Positions 18,869-28,839 are shown, counted from the stretch's first letter. The stretch: DNA of 64,000 nt from an uncultured bacterium (GCA_963720265.1 CAVRET010000002.1:136704-200703); one strand, 5' to 3'. Program-made: numbers and translations. Notes: a model not told the origin generated them from the sequence alone.

Positions 18869-19792
18869 GTGACTGCCGCTACCGGCATCCTTGAAACAAG
18901 GTACCTGGGCGCAGGTCAGACCATTGGCCCCTTTACCTTGATTGAGGCACTCGCGGTCACAGGGCTTTCGCAGGTCTGGAAGGCCGCCGAAACTCAGCTC
19001 CTCCTCACAACTCCGGCCGAGCAGCTACAGCCGGAGGATCTTAGAGTCTGCAAGCTCCCGCTCGGAACCGACCTTGAACGGCGAGGTCTCGCGGCCGAAA
19101 TGATCATCCGTGAGGCCGAGCTCCTCGAGCGACTCAAACGCCCACACGGCCGAAGGACTCCGCAAGTAGTAGAACTCCTCGGGCGCGAAAGCCGCACGCC
19201 GATTATGGTCGCGACGTACCTACCAGGCCGCGACCTTATGGACATCATCACCGAGGACGGTCCGCTGCCGTGGGCCAACGCCCTCGACATAGCGCAGCAA
19301 CTGGCCAGCATTGTCAGCTTTGCTGAGTTCCAGCGCATAATCCATCACGACGTCCGCCCAAAGAATATGCGGGTTGATGCCAACAATTATACCTCGCTCC
19401 TGGACTGGGGTATCGCAACTAGCCCCTACCTGGGGGCGTGGAGTGGCACTGGGCTCACCTTTGGCTCATCACTTTACGCCGCGCCTGAACGAATACGGGG
19501 CAACCCGGGCACCCCCGCGTCGGATGTCTGGTCCGTCGGTGCCACGCTCTTCTGCATGCTTACAGGATACAGCCCTTGCCGCCATACCGGGAAGGATCCT
19601 GACCAGATTTTCGCGGAGCGGCAAAAATCCGACGAGACTTTGCCGCTCGAGGCGGACGTACCGGACGAGGTTGCCAAGATCGTGGACTTTGCTCTGGCCA
19701 AGGAGCCCCACGATCGCCCAAGTGCGTTCCAGCTCGGCTGCCTCATGCGGACGTTTCTCGAACTCGACCGCCGTGATTACTCGACGTCCTAA
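18869..19792 (+). CDS. Ser/Thr protein-kinase-like protein with an atypical catalytic loop
   Basis: HHDVRPKNMRV (compare HRDLKPxN) and DWGIA (compare DFGIA). GTG start. 307 aa. Confidence 0.6.
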   Translation: MTAATGILETRYLGAGQTIGPFTLIEALAVTGLSQVWKAAETQLLLTTPAEQLQPEDLRVCKLPLGTDLERRGLAAEMIIREAELLERLKRPHGRRTPQVVELLGRESRTPIMVATYLPGRDLMDIITEDGPLPWANALDIAQQLASIVSFAEFQRIIHHDVRPKNMRVDANNYTSLLDWGIATSPYLGAWSGTGLTFGSSLYAAPERIRGNPGTPASDVWSVGATLFCMLTGYSPCRHTGKDPDQIFAERQKSDETLPLEADVPDEVAKIVDFALAKEPHDRPSAFQLGCLMRTFLELDRRDYSTS

Positions 19793-19898
19793 CCGAGAAA
19801 CGGCATCGTACCCAGGTGACGGTTTGACGTTGAACGAAGGGAGCCGCCCTCACCGGCGGCCCCTTCTTCAACAGCAATCATATAAGCAGCCGATGCTG

Positions 19899-20633
19899 CT
19901 ATTTTTTGTCCCGGCGATCCTTGTCGCCTTCGTTCTCCTCACTCACTACTGCCGGCTCATCCTCTTTAGCGCCTTCAGGCAGCTCGGCTGACTCATCAAT
20001 CGCCTCATCGAGCTCAGCGATCTCTTCATCACTACGCGGCGGTTCAACCTTGGCCACGAGCACGTCGGTATCATCCGCCACTAATTTCACCCCAGCAGGC
20101 ACAGCCAGATCGGCCAGTGTGATCGTCTTGTCAAAATCGTCCAGGATCGAGATATCTACCTCAATTGCTTCCGGCAAATCAGCCGGCAGACATTCCACCT
20201 CGACCATTTCAACATTCTTTAGCAAGGTACCCTCATCTTGATACACAGCCGTCGACTCGCCGACAAATCTCAGCGGGATTTCGGTGCGCAAAACTTCATC
20301 CATACGTACGGCGTAGAAATCAACGTGGAGCAGCTGGCCCCGCAATGGTCCCAGCTGAACATCGTGGATCAACACGTTGCGTGTCCGTCCGTCCCCCACT
20401 TTCAATGCCACGATCTTGTTGCCGCCGGCATGGGCATATACCCGCTCAAGCAACCTGGCCTCAACCTCGAGGGGCTCAGATTTTACCCCGCGCCCGTAAA
20501 TGACAGCCGGAACCATACCCTGCGTGCGCAGGGCTTTAGTTTTATGCCCCAGCGTTGTGCGCTTGGACGCGAGCAGTTCAATTTTTTCCATTACTTCCCC
20601 TTCTTCACGAAATGCTTTGACTTCGAAATCCAA
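19899..20633 (-). CDS. rplY: 50S ribosomal protein L25 / general stress protein Ctc, with a long acidic C-terminal extension
   Basis: EKIELLASKRTTLGHKTKALRTQGMVPAVIYGRG... is an L25 N-domain. The Glu/Asp-rich tail is typical of the Ctc form. Confidence 0.8.
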   Translation of the reverse strand: MDFEVKAFREEGEVMEKIELLASKRTTLGHKTKALRTQGMVPAVIYGRGVKSEPLEVEARLLERVYAHAGGNKIVALKVGDGRTRNVLIHDVQLGPLRGQLLHVDFYAVRMDEVLRTEIPLRFVGESTAVYQDEGTLLKNVEMVEVECLPADLPEAIEVDISILDDFDKTITLADLAVPAGVKLVADDTDVLVAKVEPPRSDEEIAELDEAIDESAELPEGAKEDEPAVVSEENEGDKDRRDKK

Positions 20634-20920
20634 CGATGGAACTCCGCGATTTCACCGGCCGAAATCGCCCCTTTGGCTGCAAACTTTGCCTCCTCGCTTT
20701 GCCTGAGATCACTCTTGCGCTTGCCGCCGGTCTTGCCGTTAACACTCACCGTTGCCAATACCGGCAATGAACAATTGTGGCAAGACAATTGCACAAAGCA
20801 GTACAAGTCTATTTCTCCCAAGAAACGAATGTCGTCGAAATGGTAGTTTGTCTCGCACGACGGGCACTTATAGAACTCCTGCAGATTACGGATGAGCTCT
20901 TGAAGGTACTTTGGGTGCAT
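20591..20920 (-). CDS. Hypothetical zinc-ribbon-containing protein (109 aa)
   Basis: CPSCETN...CHNCS gives two CxxC pairs. It overlaps the rplY start by 43 nt, so the true start may be downstream. Confidence 0.3.
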   Translation of the reverse strand: MHPKYLQELIRNLQEFYKCPSCETNYHFDDIRFLGEIDLYCFVQLSCHNCSLPVLATVSVNGKTGGKRKSDLRQSEEAKFAAKGAISAGEIAEFHRWISKSKHFVKKGK

Positions 20921-20987
20921 GTTGGGGGCCTCCCCTTACAAGCCCATCTTAGCACCCGCAGGGTACCTGCAACAAACATATGAGGTT

Positions 20988-22049
20988 CTAGGACGCCGCT
21001 TTGCCCCGCCTAACCCAATCGCGCCACAGCAAAGCCGTAATTGCGCAGGCCATGAGCACAACCACCGCAATCAGGGCCAAAAGCTTATCAAACGAACCCA
21101 CTCTAAGCGCTACCACCCCAAACAATGCCGACACTGCATACAACAAAAGCACCGCCTGGCGCTGGGTCATGCCGGCGTCCAACAGCAAGTGATGAAAATG
21201 CCGACGGTCGGCCCGAAACGGCGAGGTTCCCCTAGCCAAGCGCCTGGTCGCCACCCACAACGCGTCGACAATCGGAAATCCCAGCACCAACACAGTGGTA
21301 GCAAGTTTAGCCCCAGAATAGATTGCCAGCATCGCCAGGCACAGACCCAAAAAATAGGCGCCTGAGTCTCCCATAAAAATTCGGGCCGGATAAAAATTGT
21401 AGGGCAAAAATCCCAATGCCGCTCCGGCCAAAATGATTGCCAGTAGCGCTACCTCAGGTTGGTTGACGTGCGGCCCCACGGCCACACCAAACATCACCAG
21501 TGCCGCGATCGCGGACACACCTGACGCCAAGCCATCAAGGCCGTCCAAGAAATTAATCGTGTTGGCCAACCCCACCATCCATAGCAGACTCAACGCGTTG
21601 GCAACCGGAGTAATGTGAAAGTGAACCGTTGCAACTTCAAAACTGGTCCGCCCCCAACTTAAATCAATGATCCCTCCAAACGGGTTCGTCAGCGTTGTAA
21701 TACCAATTCCGCCCGCCAGCGCCACGCCTGCTGCAACAAACTGGCCGACTAGCTTAACGCCCGGTGACAGTCCTCGGATGTCATCAATGACACCTATCAC
21801 GACCAAAATCGCGCATCCCGCAATCAGCGCGTCGAGCTGTCGACTACCCGGCAAAAACACCGCCACCCCAGCCAAAAAGCCTACAAAAATCGCCACTCCG
21901 CCAAGATAGGCAATGGGACGCTTATGAATCTTACGCCCCTCAGCATCCGGCTGGTCGACAATACCGTTTGCCAGAGCCATGCGCCTCACGGCCGGTGTTA
22001 AGGCCGCCGTCACCCCGGCCGCCACCGCAAACGCCAGCACATAGCTCAT
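20988..22049 (-). CDS. Glycosyltransferase family 4 (MraY/WecA/TagO-type) polyprenyl-phosphate sugar-1-phosphate transferase
   Basis: Multi-TM 353 aa protein with NTINFLDGLDGLASG and a VIDDIRGL motif. Confidence 0.7.
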   Translation of the reverse strand: MSYVLAFAVAAGVTAALTPAVRRMALANGIVDQPDAEGRKIHKRPIAYLGGVAIFVGFLAGVAVFLPGSRQLDALIAGCAILVVIGVIDDIRGLSPGVKLVGQFVAAGVALAGGIGITTLTNPFGGIIDLSWGRTSFEVATVHFHITPVANALSLLWMVGLANTINFLDGLDGLASGVSAIAALVMFGVAVGPHVNQPEVALLAIILAGAALGFLPYNFYPARIFMGDSGAYFLGLCLAMLAIYSGAKLATTVLVLGFPIVDALWVATRRLARGTSPFRADRRHFHHLLLDAGMTQRQAVLLLYAVSALFGVVALRVGSFDKLLALIAVVVLMACAITALLWRDWVRRGKAAS

Positions 22050-23743
22050 TTCTTGGTGGCTTTCTCAGTTACATAGAAACCAACGTATTTGCCAAACATC
22101 AACCTGGTCTGTGCATTGATCGCAGCAAAAGCCGAAAAAGCAATGCTGGTGACCGGCAGCAAAAACCATTGCAGCATCATGGGGATATACCTCCATCCCC
22201 GATAGCGCGCCGGCTTGGGCGGCAGCGATACGAGACTGACGAACATTGTAATAACAATCGTTATCGAAGCCAAAGTTAAAATCCGTGAGGTAATAATCGG
22301 CAAATTGTGCGCCAACGCCTGGTAGGAAAATTGCCGGTTCAAATACAACGGCAGCCAGGCCACAAACGTAAGCAAAAGCGGGGCCGTGGCCCACGAAAAG
22401 TGACCTTCAAACAGTCGACCGATCTGAGGCAACTTCTCCGACCACGGAATCCGGCGATTGGCGATGGAGTTACGTACCACGTACTGGAAGTCACCGATCC
22501 CCCACGCCCACCGCCTCAGTTGGTAAAACTGGGCTTTAAATGTCTTGAGATACGTGGCCGCCAGTACCGCATCCTGGTACACCGGTGTGTAGACCGGCAC
22601 GACTTCATGGTCGCCGTCAAACGTAAAATAGGTGCGCCAAAACTGAAAGCCGTCTTCCACAATTGAGGTAACGCTCCAATAATCGGTCGCAATTAGTGCT
22701 GCCAAGCTCTGAGCGTGCGCCGCGAAATTGCGCAACCGATGTGGCCGCATCGTCTCCATCAACAGCCAAAAGGTATTACCGGTGGCAATAACGCGCATTG
22801 GCGCCGGTGCATCCCAAATGTTGTTGTAAAACATCGGAATCGGCTGAAAACTCTTATGCACACGGTTTGGATCGGTGGCATAAAGATAGGTTAAGTAACT
22901 GAAGTAGTTTTTGCTTGCGCGATTGTCGGCGTCAAACGTTGTTATCACAATGCGTTCGGGATCAATCTTGCGCCGCCGTACCTCGGCTGTCAGCTCCCTG
23001 GCCGCATAACTAATGTTTGCCCCTTTCACGCGGCCCTCACCCGGTCGGCCGTCAGGGTGTTTAATCGCCATTGCCATCGCGAATTCGTCGCCGTAGCGGG
23101 CAACCAGCGTTTCGGCGTTAGCTTCGGTTTGCTCACCTCCGCGCGCTTCATAGGCGACCACCAGAATTATCTGCTTCAGATTAAAATCTGACTCAACTAA
23201 CGATCGCACCGAGGGTTCAAGAATATCGATCGACTCGTTTACTGTTGCAAAAATTACAGCGTTATATATATCATCCGGGTTCATGATTACGCGCTCATGC
23301 TGGCGCAAGACCGCTAGACGCTCACGTTCGTCAAGGAGAACCGCGTATCGCCTCCGAGCCTTGGTCCACCCAGTCCACCAGCGTTTAAGTACCTCCGGAT
23401 GCTTTGCTACCAGCTCTTCAAGTTCTTGCTCATTCTGAGCCTGTGCGCCGGCGATATCGTGAAGCTCTTCAAGTCGACCGTTCCAATCAACCGTTTGCGC
23501 CACATGTAAACGCCCATATCCCCGGATCAAATTAACCGCCAGCCTAAATGACTTAATCATCCAATACAGATCAAACGCGATAATAAAGTATGCCACCCAC
23601 ACGGGCTCAACCAAACTCAAGACCACGGGCAAGACCAAAACTGCCCACGTAGTAGCGCCGGGAACTATCTCAAGAAAACGAATAAACCAACGCTCGTCAA
23701 TAAACCGCGGCGGCACGCGTTCCGCTACAGCCACACCACTCAT
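22046..23743 (-). CDS. Processive family-2 glycosyltransferase (cellulose/chitin/hyaluronan-synthase-like) with a QxxRW motif
   Basis: TTFDADNR (DxD region) and QLRRWAWG (QxxRW) motifs, with N- and C-terminal TM segments. 565 aa. Confidence 0.65.
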   Translation of the reverse strand: MSGVAVAERVPPRFIDERWFIRFLEIVPGATTWAVLVLPVVLSLVEPVWVAYFIIAFDLYWMIKSFRLAVNLIRGYGRLHVAQTVDWNGRLEELHDIAGAQAQNEQELEELVAKHPEVLKRWWTGWTKARRRYAVLLDERERLAVLRQHERVIMNPDDIYNAVIFATVNESIDILEPSVRSLVESDFNLKQIILVVAYEARGGEQTEANAETLVARYGDEFAMAMAIKHPDGRPGEGRVKGANISYAARELTAEVRRRKIDPERIVITTFDADNRASKNYFSYLTYLYATDPNRVHKSFQPIPMFYNNIWDAPAPMRVIATGNTFWLLMETMRPHRLRNFAAHAQSLAALIATDYWSVTSIVEDGFQFWRTYFTFDGDHEVVPVYTPVYQDAVLAATYLKTFKAQFYQLRRWAWGIGDFQYVVRNSIANRRIPWSEKLPQIGRLFEGHFSWATAPLLLTFVAWLPLYLNRQFSYQALAHNLPIITSRILTLASITIVITMFVSLVSLPPKPARYRGWRYIPMMLQWFLLPVTSIAFSAFAAINAQTRLMFGKYVGFYVTEKATKK

Positions 23744-24147
23744 TTAATTGCCCCGAACGCCATAGAGATAATAAAGCTAAAGAACGCCACCACATTTGAG
23801 CCCGCCAGCAAGAAAAAACTACTTAACCGGCTGCGACCGAAACTGTGATATGCAATAAAGCCATTCAGCAATGTCAAAACAATCGCGAGCAGTGCAATCT
23901 CAAACGGAAAGTACCACGGCCCTAGATTTTCGAATCCGCCTCCGAGATTCGTGTAATGCGTCGGAACCTCGACACCGTTTGGACGCACCCGAAACGCCAA
24001 CGCCATAATATCGAGACCATTTACAATCAGGGCTACCACGAGAAGGGTCACTGACAAGCGATCATGAAAAAACCGCGCCTGGCGGGTAGTCGTCAGTATA
24101 TCCCCGATTTTGCGCCTAGCCGCCGTCGCGGCTTGGAGACCTTTCAT
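23740..24147 (-). CDS. Small polytopic membrane protein (135 aa) coupled to the GT2 gene
   Basis: Overlaps the GT2 gene start. Three or four TM helices. Confidence 0.35.
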   Translation of the reverse strand: MKGLQAATAARRKIGDILTTTRQARFFHDRLSVTLLVVALIVNGLDIMALAFRVRPNGVEVPTHYTNLGGGFENLGPWYFPFEIALLAIVLTLLNGFIAYHSFGRSRLSSFFLLAGSNVVAFFSFIISMAFGAIK

Positions 24148-24306
24148 GCCTGGGATTATACCACCCCGCCCTAAATGTAAGCGAGACCAGATGGCAAATA
24201 CTCATGGATAATCAATTTATTCATTCAAATATCAGCCAACCATCACCATCTATTTGGATGATTTACACAATATCGTTGACTTTATTACAACGACATTCAA
24301 TAGAAC

Positions 24307-25542
24307 TCAACGCGGCATGTAACTACTCCACATAAATAAATAGGTAGCATAAGCACTCAGCCCCACTGACAGCAACCACAGTCCAGCCTCCAACTTAGTA
24401 ATATGGTTGGGCAGGTATTCAACCATGAGAACCAAAAACCAAGGTAGCAAAATCATGGCATAGCGGTATGAGTACTGCCAGCCGCCCGGGTTCCCGTGAA
24501 TCCATAGTACAAATGTCAGGACAACAATACTCGCCCATGCCAATATTACGCGGAGCTTGTCGCCCGTTGGTTTGCGAAACAGCAGCAACAAAAATGGACT
24601 TGCAAGTAATATCGAGCCACCCCACCCTGTAGGCACGAGATATGGCCAGCCATGAGCCCTCTGCCATCCATCCCACAGCATTTGCCTAGCATTGCCGCCT
24701 ATCGCATATAGCGAAAAAATTCCATGCTGATACCACGGCTCACGCAGCACCCCTGGTATATGCGCATAACCAAAATCCGCCACTGAGCCAAAACGCGCCT
24801 CATTATATATGAGTGTGGCAATACCCAACACCACCGGCACTGCGCAAAACTTCAGGACCATCGGCCAAACGCGCACCACAAACGCTCGCCACGACCCTAA
24901 GCTGCTCCAATATGGCCGCAATAAAAACGCCAGCAGCACCGGTGCCGTCAACAGCACTTCGGTCCGGTTCCCAAATGCCACCGCGAGCGCGACACCGGCC
25001 AAAAACGGTCGCGGCCGTACCACGCTCCAATATAACGCCGCGAGCTCCCCCGCCACCGCTAACCCAAGCGCCAATTGCCAGGCTCCGGCAAACAACAAAT
25101 TCGTCATAAACCACGTCCCAACTACCAGCCAAAGCGCCAACATTACCCGCTTGGAAATACTCAATTCATGACGCACAAACGTATAAGCATAGGCCAGGCC
25201 CACGCTGCCCGCGGCCAACATCGCCACGAAAAAGTTCACCGGATACGTCGTTAGCAATCCAGCAGCCACCAGCGCCGACAACGGCAGTACCGACAGCACC
25301 GCCCCGAGCGGAAACACCGAATAATATAACCCGCGACCCGCGGGTACCAGTTCATTCAACCACGACGGCGCATAGTTCGTACCAAGCTGTCCATGCAAAA
25401 ACGCAGTCGCGATGACAAACGTATAATTTAACAATTGATAATACTGCTGCTGGGCCAGCAACCAAAAACCCAACCCGGTTACGGCCGTGAGGAGCAGTCC
25501 AATCCAGACATTTCTGCTCTTAAGTTTGCTCGCATGCAACAT
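24307..25542 (-). CDS. Polytopic membrane protein, putative GT-C-fold glycosyltransferase / polysaccharide-processing protein
   Basis: 411 aa with about 10 or more TM helices, Trp/Tyr-rich loops, and an acidic loop early in the sequence. Confidence 0.3.
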   Translation of the reverse strand: MLHASKLKSRNVWIGLLLTAVTGLGFWLLAQQQYYQLLNYTFVIATAFLHGQLGTNYAPSWLNELVPAGRGLYYSVFPLGAVLSVLPLSALVAAGLLTTYPVNFFVAMLAAGSVGLAYAYTFVRHELSISKRVMLALWLVVGTWFMTNLLFAGAWQLALGLAVAGELAALYWSVVRPRPFLAGVALAVAFGNRTEVLLTAPVLLAFLLRPYWSSLGSWRAFVVRVWPMVLKFCAVPVVLGIATLIYNEARFGSVADFGYAHIPGVLREPWYQHGIFSLYAIGGNARQMLWDGWQRAHGWPYLVPTGWGGSILLASPFLLLLFRKPTGDKLRVILAWASIVVLTFVLWIHGNPGGWQYSYRYAMILLPWFLVLMVEYLPNHITKLEAGLWLLSVGLSAYATYLFMWSSYMPR

Positions 25543-25762
25543 ACCCGAAGCATATCAAATTTCAACATGTCTGCGATGGGAAAAACTGCATAAGCGTTGT
25601 ACAGAAAACCACACATGTCATTATTTTTATCTTTATTTTGAATCACAATTCTGGTAAAAGTCATGATTAATGTGAGCTTGTGGACTGCTAGCTTTGAAAG
25701 GTCGTGTTCGCACGACGGCTGTCTAGAGAGCGCGGGCCACAACGGAACCCGCCACAGCCAAA

Positions 25763-26638
25763 ATGGAAGGGGCAGCAATGTCTCAGGACCGTAACCGGCA
25801 GGACGGGCGTCAGCCCCGTCAGCCTGGGGATCAGCTCACGTTGGGTCAAACCGGTCAGTCGAGCTTCTACTCGCCCGAGGCCATCCGCAAGCGCCCGGTC
25901 TTCCCGTGGCAGCCGGCCCAGAGCCAGGAGGTTATCGCGCATCTCGATGACTTCGCTGTCCGGCTCTTCCGCGGCGAGCTAGATCACCCGTACGAGGAGC
26001 GGACGCGCCCGGGAGGCGTGCTTGTGCTCTTCATCCCGACCTGCTTCCAGGGGCCGCACCACACGCTCGCCCTGAGCAAGATGGCCTACTACATGGCGGA
26101 GACACCGGTGAACCCCGGTATCGCCAGCGTATTCAGCCAGGCGGCCGACAACGCTGCCGAGACCGACATCGAGTCCTGGATGACAGACACGGTCCGGGCC
26201 ATCGAGTATGGCAGCCTCTTCTGCGTCTACCAACGCATCCAGGGCGTGCCGGCAAGCCGTCTCGCCACCACCGCACGCGCGATCCGGCGCAACATCAAGT
26301 CGGTGCGCCCGGTGCTCGAGGCGAAGGACAGCACCAGGCGCCTCGCCATCTGCGAGATCTGTGCCACCGCACTGCAGCTGATCAGCGCCGACTACGACGG
26401 CGTTCCGCCGCGCCTTCTGAGCATCATCCGTCTGCTCGGCGAGGAGTTCACCATGCCGGATGCCGCTCAGCAACTCACCCGCGGCCTCATGGGCGAGAGC
26501 GAGTGGGCACTGAAGTCCGCCCAGGCAGGCGCCACCTTCCAGCGCGGATCCGAACTCGAGCGGAGCGCCAATGCAGCCAACACCGGTGCCGGTATGCACC
26601 CGGCCACCATTCGCGCCGGCCAGCCCGCCCACGCCTGA
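25763..26638 (+). CDS. Hypothetical protein (291 aa) encoded in a GC-rich block
   Basis: Long ORF with consistent codon usage in a roughly 65% GC segment. No motif recognised. Confidence 0.35.
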   Translation: MEGAAMSQDRNRQDGRQPRQPGDQLTLGQTGQSSFYSPEAIRKRPVFPWQPAQSQEVIAHLDDFAVRLFRGELDHPYEERTRPGGVLVLFIPTCFQGPHHTLALSKMAYYMAETPVNPGIASVFSQAADNAAETDIESWMTDTVRAIEYGSLFCVYQRIQGVPASRLATTARAIRRNIKSVRPVLEAKDSTRRLAICEICATALQLISADYDGVPPRLLSIIRLLGEEFTMPDAAQQLTRGLMGESEWALKSAQAGATFQRGSELERSANAANTGAGMHPATIRAGQPAHA

Positions 26639-26766
26639 CCACTGGCAGGCACGGGCAACACGATCACGCCGCAGTAGTGCGGCCTAACAGCACAACTCCG
26701 GACCATCTGGTCCGGGGAGCCGTGCGATCGGGGGCCAGTTCCCCCGGCCGCACGGCCAACCCGTAA

Positions 26767-27465
26767 TCATATTCCTAAATATTGCCAATGCCAGGGCTCA
26801 GGGCGCATGCCAAACTCGTTACCCTCTTTCCAGCTCTCGAAAAATCCGTACTCTGCCGCGTGCACCTGCAGCCATGCATACTCGGCCGTATCCCGAAACC
26901 CATCGAGGTCGTCCGCCGCAGGCTGGCCGTCTACATTCACAACATCAATCGCCGTCTTACTCGCACTCGTGTGCTGCGAATACGCCGGCGGCGACGCATG
27001 CCGAACCGTCCGCGCAATATCGCCCTCATATGCGCTATTACACCAACTGATAAAGGTAACTATCTGGCTCGCCGGTGATCGATAACCCGACGAAACCAAC
27101 AGTTTGCGCCCTGAATGTGCCGCCTCAAACGCGCGATTCATTCGCTCAAATGCCATATATATCGGCCGCGGCATCAACTTTTCGCTAATGATATGGGCTT
27201 CACCATTGCGCCACACCCTCTGGCCCGTCACCCTTACCAAATCATTCGGCACCGCTTCCACGCCCAAATATGGTATTGTCACGCCGTAATCCTTAGGATC
27301 AAGCGTCAATATCCGCTCTACCACCTCACGCTGTCTTGGATTGAGCGCCCCTTCTAGCTCCCCGAGCGTCAGCGCCGGTGTCAGCCGCCCCTGTTCCTTT
27401 AGCCGGTCAAACACCGCCGCAAAGCTATCCAGTACCACCTTCGGTGCGAGTCTTCTAATATCCAT
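26767..27465 (-). CDS. Peptidase M15 family (VanY-like D-Ala-D-Ala carboxypeptidase)
   Basis: LLVSSGYRSPASQ and QHTSASKTAIDVVNVDG motifs, with a C-terminal EPWHWQY. Confidence 0.6.
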   Translation of the reverse strand: MDIRRLAPKVVLDSFAAVFDRLKEQGRLTPALTLGELEGALNPRQREVVERILTLDPKDYGVTIPYLGVEAVPNDLVRVTGQRVWRNGEAHIISEKLMPRPIYMAFERMNRAFEAAHSGRKLLVSSGYRSPASQIVTFISWCNSAYEGDIARTVRHASPPAYSQHTSASKTAIDVVNVDGQPAADDLDGFRDTAEYAWLQVHAAEYGFFESWKEGNEFGMRPEPWHWQYLGI

Positions 27466-27472
27466 ACCAGTA

Positions 27473-27979
27473 TTATAAATTCAATGACGATACTGCCGCG
27501 CGCAAATCTGCAAGCTTAAGCTCAACCCGAAAATCGCGAATAAAACTACTACCACGCCGTTCAATGTCGTTGGTCCAGACGCGCCTCGGCATGCCCTTAT
27601 AGACGCGGCGAACCGCCGGCCCCAGAAAGTGGCCTGGATCGGCGCGTACATCTTCATGTTTCAAGCGCCGAGCCTTAATTACCTCCGCGGTGTCAGTCAG
27701 CTCCACGGCACTTGCCTCGAAATACACTCCTACACCCTGTCCTTCCGGAACAGTTGAATCATAGATTACGAGAAAAACCTCGCCGTTATCTTTCACATTG
27801 CGCGAATGCCGGCCTTCCTTATCCGAAAACCAATACCAGTTAAGCTCGTCGTCAAACACTGCCTGCACAGGCGAATTCCAAGGCCGTGCATCAGGAGTTA
27901 CCGAGGCCACCGTTATGTACTGAATGCGCCGGATGATATCGGCCGCGCGCCAGGTATAAATTTGGGTTGATCGTTTCAT
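27473..27979 (-). CDS. Pyridoxamine-5'-phosphate-oxidase-like FMN-binding split-barrel protein
   Basis: The start was moved to MKRSTQ at 27979 to avoid overlapping the divergent gene. A YITVASVTPDARPWNSPVQAVFDDELNWYWFSD core is present. Confidence 0.45.
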   Translation of the reverse strand: MKRSTQIYTWRAADIIRRIQYITVASVTPDARPWNSPVQAVFDDELNWYWFSDKEGRHSRNVKDNGEVFLVIYDSTVPEGQGVGVYFEASAVELTDTAEVIKARRLKHEDVRADPGHFLGPAVRRVYKGMPRRVWTNDIERRGSSFIRDFRVELKLADLRAAVSSLNL

Positions 27980-28020
27980 CAGAGACAAACCTACACCAAG
28001 TCGATAAATTTCAAAAATTG

Positions 28021-28039
28021 TTGTGCAAAAAATGCACAA
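28021..28039. promoter_or_regulatory. Perfect 7 bp inverted repeat, operator candidate, in the divergent promoter region of the TrmB-like regulator
   Basis: TTGTGCA-AAAAA-TGCACAA lies 18 nt upstream of the ATG at 28057. TAGAAT is positioned as a -10 element. Confidence 0.35.
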
Positions 28040-28056
28040 CTACTAGAATAAGCGCT

Positions 28057-28839
28057 ATGACAAATACCCGTACTGCCATTCGCAGCTACTTCACGCGCCT
28101 CGGTCTCACCGCCGAAATCGCTGATCTCTATCTGACACTCCATACGAACGGCCCACAGACCATATCTGAACTGTCTCGCAATGCCGGCGTCGAGCGTACT
28201 CGCATCTATCGCCTGCTTAAACAACTGCGAGCTGTTGGTCTCATCGAAGTCGCATCACAATACAAGCGCAGCATCATTAGCGCTGCACCGGCGTCCAACC
28301 TGCAAATCCTCGTAGGCCAAAAACAAGATTCCGCAAAGCGTCTCGAAACCGAACTGCCCGCCGTCCAGCAATTGTTAACGGCGGGCGCCGCCAGCTCCCC
28401 CACTACCCCCATTCAGTACTATCAAGGCGCACAGGGTTTGCGCCAAATGCTCTGGAACGAGCTCTGCGCCAACACTGAAATCATGGCCTACTCGTACCAA
28501 ATATTTGACGAGGGCATGGGCCGCCCGTTCATGACCAAGTGGGTCGTTGAGTTCGAGCAGCGCAACCTGCATAAGAAAATCCTGTTTAACGACGCCTATG
28601 TTAAAAGCTGGCACGACCGCCCCGGCAATCGAATCAAAGGTATGGAGTACCACTACATCAACCCACACATCCTCACTGTCCAGCACACCTGCAACATCTA
28701 TGACGAGGTCACCTGCTACCTCAGCTGGAGAGACGGCGAAATTTTCGGCGTTGAGATTTACAACCGCGACATCGCAAACGTCCAGCGTCAGTTGCTCAGG
28801 CAAATCTGGCCGCTCTCACAACCGGAAACCAGATTTTAA
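28057..28839 (+). CDS. TrmB-family (sugar-specific) transcriptional regulator
   Basis: Start reassigned to MTNTRTA. The N-terminal wHTH is LTAEIADLYLTLHTNGPQTISELSRNAGVERTRIYRLLKQLRAVGLIEV. Confidence 0.5.
   Translation: MTNTRTAIRSYFTRLGLTAEIADLYLTLHTNGPQTISELSRNAGVERTRIYRLLKQLRAVGLIEVASQYKRSIISAAPASNLQILVGQKQDSAKRLETELPAVQQLLTAGAASSPTTPIQYYQGAQGLRQMLWNELCANTEIMAYSYQIFDEGMGRPFMTKWVVEFEQRNLHKKILFNDAYVKSWHDRPGNRIKGMEYHYINPHILTVQHTCNIYDEVTCYLSWRDGEIFGVEIYNRDIANVQRQLLRQIWPLSQPETRF

Noticed and set aside
25979-26632. 217 aa antisense ORF inside the GC-rich hypothetical gene
   Set aside because: Long antisense frames are expected in 65% GC DNA, and the sense frame is longer and starts after an AT-rich promoter-like region. 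Only one of the pair is likely to be real.
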